From positions 118,418 to 182,417 of the IMG/VR virus record IMGVR_UViG_3300009784_000001: 64,000 bases of DNA. The stretch is one strand, 5' to 3'. Made by a program: the position numbers and the translations under genes. The notes under the pieces are model-generated. The model did not search any database. It saw only the letters and a list, made by a program, of their open reading frames with translations, and was not told where the DNA came from. How positions within the stretch are numbered: position 1 is the stretch's first letter; each line of letters opens with the position of its first letter. Of the stretch, positions 58,049-64,000 are shown piece after piece. The DNA comes from a virus (lineage: Duplodnaviria > Heunggongvirae > Uroviricota > Caudoviricetes).

Positions 58049-58412
58049 TTTCTTTATAATTTTTAATATTTATTTTTCCATATATTGTTTCATCTTTAAA
58101 TATACAAATTGTACTACTCTCCCCCTGTTTAATATATACATCATAAAGGCAACCACAAGGCGTTTTTACTATTCCAATTTTTTCTTCATTTTCATCTATG
58201 ATATCTTTAAAATAATTTGTTCCACAATGAAATAATGAGTAAAGATTTTGTGAAATATATAAAATATTTGCTAACCCTAAACCAGTTTCTATTGCTTTAT
58301 CATAAGAAATCAGATCAATTTTGGCAAACAAAGTACTATTATATTCACTTTGTTTTATACCATTATTTCTTATATAATTGATACCATAAAAATCCCACAC
58401 TTTTTCGATCAT
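58041..58412 (-). CDS. Hypothetical protein
   Basis: 123-aa ORF, overlapping neighbours. Confidence 0.5.
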   Translation of the reverse strand: MIEKVWDFYGINYIRNNGIKQSEYNSTLFAKIDLISYDKAIETGLGLANILYISQNLYSLFHCGTNYFKDIIDENEEKIGIVKTPCGCLYDVYIKQGESSTICIFKDETIYGKINIKNYKEND

Positions 58413-58678
58413 ATAATATATTTTTTTAATATATTATAATATTCTATTAATTCTTCAAGAGTTCTTTCTCTTTTAATCCTAAACCAGTTCCAATTTGTAT
58501 TATCAGCTTTATCAAGAGTATATAACCTATTGGGAGGTTCACCATAATTGAATGAATCAACTATTTTTTTACCTTCTGGATATTTTTCCCCCAAAAATGG
58601 ATCACAATAATCTTTAATTAGTGGTTCTAATAAACGCATTATATCATCTTTTGTTTGAATATCAATTTCTATTTTCAT
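58409..58678 (-). CDS. Hypothetical protein
   Basis: 89-aa ORF, overlapping neighbours by 4 nt. Confidence 0.55.
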   Translation of the reverse strand: MKIEIDIQTKDDIMRLLEPLIKDYCDPFLGEKYPEGKKIVDSFNYGEPPNRLYTLDKADNTNWNWFRIKRERTLEELIEYYNILKKYII

Positions 58679-59712
58679 ATTTCAACTAATTTTTTACCTA
58701 AACATTTTATACACATTCCTCTTCCATATTTTTCCTTTGTAATATAATAATCATTTATGGCAAGTCCTTCAATTTTATCTCCACATATATCACAATATTC
58801 TATTTTTTCTTCTCCAAAAAGATTGAATATTCCGCCATTAGCATTTATTCTTTTCTCATGTTCTTTATATTTTTTATCTATAACTTTTGAAAAATATTTA
58901 TCAGTAGTTTTCTCTCCAAAAATTAAAGATTCAGATGAAAATTTCAAGATATAATATCCATTAAATTTACTACATTCAACACAACAATAAGTTTTAAATT
59001 TATATTTTTTATTATTATCACTTCCCCATGCTTTATTTGTTACAAATTCAATTGTTTTAATATCTACTATATCGCTTGTTCTTATTTTCTGGTGATCATT
59101 ATATAATTTTTCAATTTCATTGGTAAACATTCTTTTAATTCTATTAATTGTATCTGGGTAAATGGTAAAATACAAATCTAATTGATATGTATTAACTTTC
59201 TCATTATGTTCTTTTACAACTATTTGATAACAATATTTTTCTATTGAAAAACGGCTTCTACAATCTCTTTCTATTGTAAGAGGAAGATATTCATTTATTT
59301 TATTTACAAAACCATTTTTATCTTCTATATTATCAGTTATACCAGTACTTATTGCTTCTACATTTTGAACAATAATTGTTTTAAAATCTGTTTCTAATTC
59401 TTCAATATTTGGTTTATTAAATTGGGCAGGTATAGTAAAAGATTCCATATCATTTTCTCCAATACCAATAACCTCATTTTTACCACTTTCTTCTTCAATC
59501 AAATAAGTTCTATATCGTAAATCTTCGACTTCTTGTGTAACTTCACCTTTTATTAATGCTCTTGCAAGCTCTCCACCTTGTTCTTTTTGTGTAACTATAA
59601 CAACATTTGAATCCTGACCTTTATTGGAAGAAAATACAGCAGAATCCGCACCAGCAATAGAAATTCCAACACCATACTTTATTTCATTAATAATATCTTT
59701 TATCCTACTCAT
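58675..59712 (-). CDS. Hypothetical protein with C-terminal Cys4 zinc finger
   Basis: 345 aa; YCDICG...MCIKC. Confidence 0.6.
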   Translation of the reverse strand: MSRIKDIINEIKYGVGISIAGADSAVFSSNKGQDSNVVIVTQKEQGGELARALIKGEVTQEVEDLRYRTYLIEEESGKNEVIGIGENDMESFTIPAQFNKPNIEELETDFKTIIVQNVEAISTGITDNIEDKNGFVNKINEYLPLTIERDCRSRFSIEKYCYQIVVKEHNEKVNTYQLDLYFTIYPDTINRIKRMFTNEIEKLYNDHQKIRTSDIVDIKTIEFVTNKAWGSDNNKKYKFKTYCCVECSKFNGYYILKFSSESLIFGEKTTDKYFSKVIDKKYKEHEKRINANGGIFNLFGEEKIEYCDICGDKIEGLAINDYYITKEKYGRGMCIKCLGKKLVEI

Positions 59713-59717
59713 AACTT

Positions 59718-60449
59718 TTATTCTGATTGATATACAGGTTTATCACTAAAATAATTTGCTGTTTGTAAAATTTTATCTAGTTCTCTAATCCTTGCTTTAT
59801 TACAAAATAAATTTTTATAAAATTTATATTCCTTTTTAGTAAATTTATGTTGTTTAGATATTTTCCTAAATTTAAAATAAGATGAAAAAATTATGTACCA
59901 TCTTGTTATAAAATCTTCTATTTTTTTATAAAGTTTTTTAAATTCTTTTTTTAGATTAAATTTAGGTTTCAAATTAAGTTTTGTTAAATTAATTCTAAAA
60001 TTATCTAACATCAATTTTGAATCTTGATACATTCTATTTGTTGTTGGATTAAAATCATTGACATTAGAAAATCTTGTTTCATTTAGAAAAGAATTAAAAT
60101 TTTTCCAAATTTCTCCTGCTGTATCAGTTTCAATATTTTTTTCTTTTTTTATTTTTTCATTTTCTAAATAATTAAGAGTTTCAGTTATTATATTTGTTTC
60201 AAGAAAACTAGAAATATTGAAAATTTTGTAATCATTTACATATTTACTAACTTTAAAATCATTTATAAATTTTGAAACCCCTTCTATATCTATCAAAAGA
60301 ACTGGTGAAATATTCCCGCCTATTATTATAGGTATTCTTATATTACCATATATTAAAATTTGTTCAATAAAAATTTCATAATCTTCTCTAATCATTCCTG
60401 TAATAATTGTTGATTTAAGAAATTCATTTAATTTTTCTTTATTATCCAT
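59718..60449 (-). CDS. Hypothetical protein
   Basis: 243-aa ORF in operon. Confidence 0.55.
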   Translation of the reverse strand: MDNKEKLNEFLKSTIITGMIREDYEIFIEQILIYGNIRIPIIIGGNISPVLLIDIEGVSKFINDFKVSKYVNDYKIFNISSFLETNIITETLNYLENEKIKKEKNIETDTAGEIWKNFNSFLNETRFSNVNDFNPTTNRMYQDSKLMLDNFRINLTKLNLKPKFNLKKEFKKLYKKIEDFITRWYIIFSSYFKFRKISKQHKFTKKEYKFYKNLFCNKARIRELDKILQTANYFSDKPVYQSE

Positions 60450-60450
60450 A

Positions 60451-60666
60451 TTATATAAATTTTTCTATTCTATTATTCATTTCATTATCAAATGCTTCAT
60501 ATATAGTTCTCCACTTATTAAATTGAGATTGATATTCTTTTTCTCCATGAGAATGACCGATATTTGAAGGCATTAACCTTTCATATTTTTCTAAATTTTC
60601 TTTTGCCTCACTTTTATATGTACTAAGTTCACTTAAACTTAATTTTGTAATTTCATTTATATTCAT
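60451..60666 (-). CDS. Hypothetical protein
   Basis: 71-aa ORF in operon. Confidence 0.55.
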   Translation of the reverse strand: MNINEITKLSLSELSTYKSEAKENLEKYERLMPSNIGHSHGEKEYQSQFNKWRTIYEAFDNEMNNRIEKFI

Positions 60667-60721
60667 TTTTGTAATTTATATAAACAATAATAAAAGAATA
60701 ATAAGTTTCAATATTTAAAAT

Positions 60722-60754
60722 AAAAAAATCCCTAAATCAAATGATTTGGGGATT
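60722..60754 (-). terminator. Intrinsic terminator after the guaC-like gene
   Basis: Plus strand aaaaaaatccctaaatc-aaat-gatttggggatt gives hairpin plus U tail on the minus strand. Confidence 0.7.
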
Positions 60755-60801
60755 CCTATCAACTATTAAGAAAATAATATTTTCTTAAATAAAAGCAGGT
60801 T

Positions 60802-61812
60802 TTATTTATTAAAACTTTGAGAAGCATTTTGTGTTAAATGAAGAATATCTACATTTCCAACAAATTCATTTAATGTTCTTTTTCCTGTATAAGACATGGC
60901 TGATTTTAAATAATCTACAAAATTATCTCTCCATTGTTTCATTGTATATTTTATTCTGATTTCTCCAATTTTTCCTTCAGATGTTTTTAATTCAGTCTTA
61001 CCAGTAAGTTTCTGTGCAATTTTGGAAGACATTCCATACATTTCTTTTTTAAGAAATTTTTTTCCATTTTCATCAAAATCAATAACATTTCCTGGCGTTT
61101 CTTCCATTTGTGCAAATAATGTTCCACACATTGCGTAATCAGCACCTAATGCCAATACTTTAATAATATCAGAATAATTTTTTAATCCCCCATCAGCAAT
61201 TATTTTTGTTGTAAATTTATTCTCACATTTGTATTGATATTTTATTTTGTCAATTTCATGAATTAAACTTCCCATAGGATAATAAATTCCTGTATTTGAG
61301 GAAGTTAAGCAATACGATCCACCGCCTATTCCGCATCTAACATAATCAATTTTATATTGGCAACATATTTTATATGTATCAGGATTTGCTATGTTTCCAA
61401 TCATTATTACAGCAGAAGAATTTATTTCTTTAATTTTATCAACTAAATCATATAAAATTTTCATATTACCATTTGCGATATCTATTAATATATGAGGTGT
61501 ATTAATAAGAAGGTAAGTATGTTTTTCCTTTATCAATTGTTTTATTTCCTCTAATCCAAAAGCTACCCATTGATTATCATTTAATAAATTTAATCTTTTT
61601 TGATAATCAATAGTTCTTGGCATAATTGGTATAATGTTATTTTCATGAAATAACATATAATTATTTTCATCAACTACTGTTGGCATAGGTGCAGTAAATA
61701 ATGGTAATCTCACATCTTCATAAAATGGATTACATTCATTTCTACTTTCAATATCACTCAAAATAGCAGGTTCTATTGATATATCATTTAATGAAAATTT
61801 TAATTCACTCAT
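60802..61812 (-). CDS. guaC: IMPDH/GMP reductase family, GMP-reductase-like
   Basis: PLFTAPM, IDIANG, GIGGGSYCLT (catalytic Cys), IIADGG, DIIKVLALGADYAMCG; MYGMSS...SEGK as in GuaC rather than IMPDH YRGMGS; no CBS domain. Confidence 0.75.
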   Translation of the reverse strand: MSELKFSLNDISIEPAILSDIESRNECNPFYEDVRLPLFTAPMPTVVDENNYMLFHENNIIPIMPRTIDYQKRLNLLNDNQWVAFGLEEIKQLIKEKHTYLLINTPHILIDIANGNMKILYDLVDKIKEINSSAVIMIGNIANPDTYKICCQYKIDYVRCGIGGGSYCLTSSNTGIYYPMGSLIHEIDKIKYQYKCENKFTTKIIADGGLKNYSDIIKVLALGADYAMCGTLFAQMEETPGNVIDFDENGKKFLKKEMYGMSSKIAQKLTGKTELKTSEGKIGEIRIKYTMKQWRDNFVDYLKSAMSYTGKRTLNEFVGNVDILHLTQNASQSFNK

Positions 61813-61821
61813 ATTTTTAAT

Positions 61822-63174
61822 TTATTTAATGCCAGTAGAACCAAATCCACCATTTCCTCTTTGACTATTATTTTCTATTTCATCTACTTCTATTAATTCA
61901 GTATAAGTTTCACTTGAAACAGGGCATAATATAGCTTGTGCAATTCTATCTCCACTATTAATAAGAAGATTTTGATTTGACAAATTAATTGCAATAATTC
62001 CTACTTCCCCTTTATATCCAACATCAATTGTTGCTATTGAATTAGCCATCCCTAATCCTTGTTTTAATGCAGTACCAGATCTTGGTCTTACTTGTAATTC
62101 ATAGCCATCTGGAATATCAACATATATTCCAGTATGAATTAATCTTCTTTCAAATGGTTTTAATTCAATAGAATATTCGTAATTATCTTCGCCATCATCA
62201 ATACCATTTGCAATAGCTCCCTTATCCTCTAAAGTTATCCATGCTCTTAAATCAAAACCACTATCCCCAGCATTTGCATATTTAGGGAAAGGGTTGGAAG
62301 ATTTATTAACAATTTTTAATTTATTTTTTTCATAATACTTAAAAAAATTCTTACTTTCCATAAATTTTACTGCTTCATTAATTAAATTTATAAATTCTTG
62401 TGGTAATCTTTTTTCAACAAAATTATGTATTTTTTCTGGTATTTCTTTGTAATAAGCTGCTGATATAGAACCACCCATCGCCAAAATTGTATCCGTATCA
62501 CCCGATATGGAGATTCCTAATCTTAAAAAATCTTCATAATTTTCACTTTCTAAAAATGCAACAACTGCTTGTGGAACACTTCCTTGACAAGTTTCTTCAA
62601 ATTTATATGTTGGTCTTATTTCATCTAATGTGAAATCAAGATTATATTTGAATTTTCTTTCTATCCAGTCTTTAATATATTCTTTAGAATATCCATTCCA
62701 AGCAAGATAAGCCGCTCCAGCAATACATTGTGCGCCTTTTACTCCTTCTTCATGTGAATGTGTTACAAATGCACTGTATTTAGCAAGTGTAAGACATTCA
62801 CTTAATGAGTTTGCTAACATTGGAACAGGGGAAACTCTCATAGCTGAACCATTCCCATAAGAATTGTATGGTAATTTATCAGGTTCTGTTAACCATTTCT
62901 TAAACATACCACCAAAACCAGGTTTTACATCAGTTCTATTTTTGAACTTATTACCCCAATCCCAATAAGCATCTGCAAAATTTTTTTTATGTAATAAAGC
63001 ATCTAATGTAGCAAATGATAAAATACTATCATCTGTTACTTTACAATCTTCATTAAAAAGTTCTATTTCTTCTGGTTTGTTATTTTTTGAATTTATAAAT
63101 TCGTATGGGCAACCAATTACATCCCCTATAATACTACCAAGCATTATATCAATTTTATTTTCTTTTATATTCAT
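61822..63174 (-). CDS. dut: ADP-ribosylglycohydrolase (DraG/ARH) fused to trimeric dUTPase
   Basis: GSIIGDVIG.PYEF, TDD, SYGNGSAMRVSP, GDTDT (ARH); GDSGFDL, RPRSG, TIDVGYKGE, GDRIAQ, RGNGGFGSTG (dUTPase motifs 1-5). Confidence 0.92.
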   Translation of the reverse strand: MNIKENKIDIMLGSIIGDVIGCPYEFINSKNNKPEEIELFNEDCKVTDDSILSFATLDALLHKKNFADAYWDWGNKFKNRTDVKPGFGGMFKKWLTEPDKLPYNSYGNGSAMRVSPVPMLANSLSECLTLAKYSAFVTHSHEEGVKGAQCIAGAAYLAWNGYSKEYIKDWIERKFKYNLDFTLDEIRPTYKFEETCQGSVPQAVVAFLESENYEDFLRLGISISGDTDTILAMGGSISAAYYKEIPEKIHNFVEKRLPQEFINLINEAVKFMESKNFFKYYEKNKLKIVNKSSNPFPKYANAGDSGFDLRAWITLEDKGAIANGIDDGEDNYEYSIELKPFERRLIHTGIYVDIPDGYELQVRPRSGTALKQGLGMANSIATIDVGYKGEVGIIAINLSNQNLLINSGDRIAQAILCPVSSETYTELIEVDEIENNSQRGNGGFGSTGIK

Positions 63175-64000
63175 AAATTTTATTTAATAATTCATTTGTA
63201 TCTGTATATATTTCAGAAAAATAATTCTCTGGTAAATATATATTTTTTTCTGAAAAATACAAAATATCTATACCATTTTTTTTACATAATTCAAATTTTG
63301 TTTTATCTCTTTCTACATTTTCATTATATGATTTTACTCCTCCAAAATAAGAAATGGGGATGAAATGTTGAATTCCTTGACATTCAATACCAATATTATA
63401 TTCTGGAAGATAAAAATCTAAAGGTATGGGATTTTTATATTTCAACCAAACATCATACCACTCTTTTATATTTATTATTTTTTTACTTTTTAATAAATTA
63501 TATATTTTATTTTCTATTTTAGAACTATTACAAATTAAACAACCATGTCCTTGTAAATGGTCATTTGCAATTTGTAAAAATTCACCATGTTCGGGACAAA
63601 TAATATGCACTTTTGTTATTGCATTAATATAATTTACTTTTGAATAATCATATTTATCTCCATGCATTTTCTTTGCTTTCTCAATCCATTCTTTTGTTGT
63701 TAATTTTACATTATTAGCACATTTAGGACAACCTTCTCCTTTCCAATGTCTTTTTGGAGTTTGTTTAAAATTACCATGAATAGGACAATTTATAATTATT
63801 GGGGTATATTGATTTATATAAATAGAATTTGAATAATCATATTTACTTTCATGTATTTCTTCGGATCTTTGTAAAAAAGTTTTTTGAGAAAAGACTAAAA
63901 ATGAATGTTGTCTATTTTTATAACAATTAGGACAACCATGACTATTTAAATGATCCTTTGGAGTTTGCCAAAATTCCCCATGTTCAGGACAAATTATACA
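63155..64000 (-). mobile_element. Second DUF723-repeat/PD-(D/E)xK homing endonuclease-like gene, 5' truncated by the window edge
   Basis: Frame is open from 64000 (CIICPEHGEFWQTP...) into the track ORF; IPLDFYLPEYNIGIECQGIQHF. Confidence 0.8.

Noticed and set aside
60766-60788. Perfect 10-bp palindrome ttaagaaaat-aat-attttcttaa
   Set aside because: Almost all A/T, a single copy, and next to a better terminator; cannot be distinguished from chance
511-63632. Numerous short antisense or alternate-frame track ORFs (e.g. 511..807, 11167..11535, 18456..19121, 26349..26849, 47555..48067, 54269..54511)
   Set aside because: They overlap well-supported genes, have low-complexity Phe/Ile/Ser composition typical of antisense AT-rich frames, and show no motifs
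1-64000. Stop-codon reassignment as in some gut jumbo phages
   Set aside because: Long genes including capsid, portal, terminase and the 2171-aa ORF are intact under the standard code, and TAG and TGA both end genes

Overview
A 64-kb, very AT-rich segment of a large T4-superfamily myovirus (jumbo phage), translated with the standard code. Three exact TTTG/CTTG-N19-20-TAnnTTTG promoters point to a Bacteroidota host. Positions 1-40000 are mostly a plus-strand late/morphogenesis block: ClpC-like ATPase, neck gp13, terminase gp17, portal gp20, protease gp21, scaffold, capsid gp23, an AIG-repeat fibre and many putative internal head proteins. Positions 40021-64000 are a minus-strand block with accessory genes, PhoH, baseplate-type genes, a putative late sigma factor, glycosyltransferases, nucleotide metabolism genes and homing endonucleases. 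The two blocks converge on a bidirectional terminator. Strongest observations: (1) a G13 tract frameshifts the 5' end of the adhesin/fibre gene; G14 or G11 restores one 844-aa ORF, which suggests a phase-variable receptor-binding protein. (2) A 2171-aa protein strings together about ten modules (several ART-like folds, pyrophosphatase, HExxH peptidase, kinase, nucleotidyltransferase). They are separated by x-N/K-E linkers resembling the capsid maturation site, and a recurring KKIIITExQ-type leader is shared with other small genes. This suggests a protease-processed, capsid-delivered effector polyprotein system. (3) A RyR domain is fused to a miniature paralog of the major capsid protein. (4) An ADP-ribosylhydrolase is fused to dUTPase. 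All family assignments were made by eye from motifs; no database search was run.
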